64,000 nt of DNA from the NCBI GenBank assembly GCA_011109175.1, contig RDEW01000019.1:427570-491569 (forward strand). Direction: 5' to 3'. This DNA comes from Dicyema japonicum. Taxonomy: Eukaryota; Animalia; Dicyemida. This document shows positions 63,885 to 64,000 of the stretch, piece after piece. A program made the position numbers and the translations under genes. The notes beneath the pieces were generated by a model that had not been told where the DNA came from, did no database searches, and saw only the letters and a list, made by a program, of their open reading frames with translations. Each line of letters opens with the position of its first letter. Positions within the stretch are counted from its first letter, which is position 1.

Positions 63885-64000
63885 GTTTTGGTCTCCTAGT
63901 ACTAACGTGATTATTTACGCGGACGATATACTGAAATCAGACGTCTCAAAAAGTCCGATGGTGTCAGATCGAAGATTATGTGAATTTTTGGGAGATATTC
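63885..64000 (+). mobile_element. Non-LTR RT fragment running off the window edge
   Basis: PSTNVIIYADDI. Confidence 0.55.

Noticed and set aside
1-64000. Ciliate-type genetic code (TAA/TAG = Gln) as an explanation for in-frame stops plus tiny introns
   Set aside because: The 252-aa and 221-aa ORFs contain several Gln and no TAA/TAG despite AT richness; the broken genes also have TGA stops and frameshifts.

Overview
AT-rich eukaryotic nuclear DNA that is mostly a graveyard of degraded transposable elements, not a prokaryotic region. There are two N-gaps (9579-9716, 28631-28945). Recognisable elements: APE-type LINEs (Jockey/I-like, RTE-like, Ingi/Vingi-like), at least nine CRE-like RLE retrotransposon fragments, an R4/Dong-like element, Ginger/KRBA2-like integrase transposons, hAT derivatives, a MITE and a tRNA-derived SINE. 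Host-type sequence: a SPAG1 pseudogene (+) and an RBM28/NOP4 pseudogene (-) joined tail-to-tail mid-CDS, both with about 21-27 nt introns; a WD40 (dynein intermediate chain-like) relic; and three members of an intronless BC-box/F-box-like LRR gene family, two of them from a ~2.55 kb duplication. Animal-type genes plus ultra-short introns suggest a reduced invertebrate parasite such as a dicyemid (inference only). No intact rRNA or tRNA gene and no CRISPR array was seen. All translations and alignments were done by eye, family assignments rest on remembered motifs, and boundaries are approximate unless stated.
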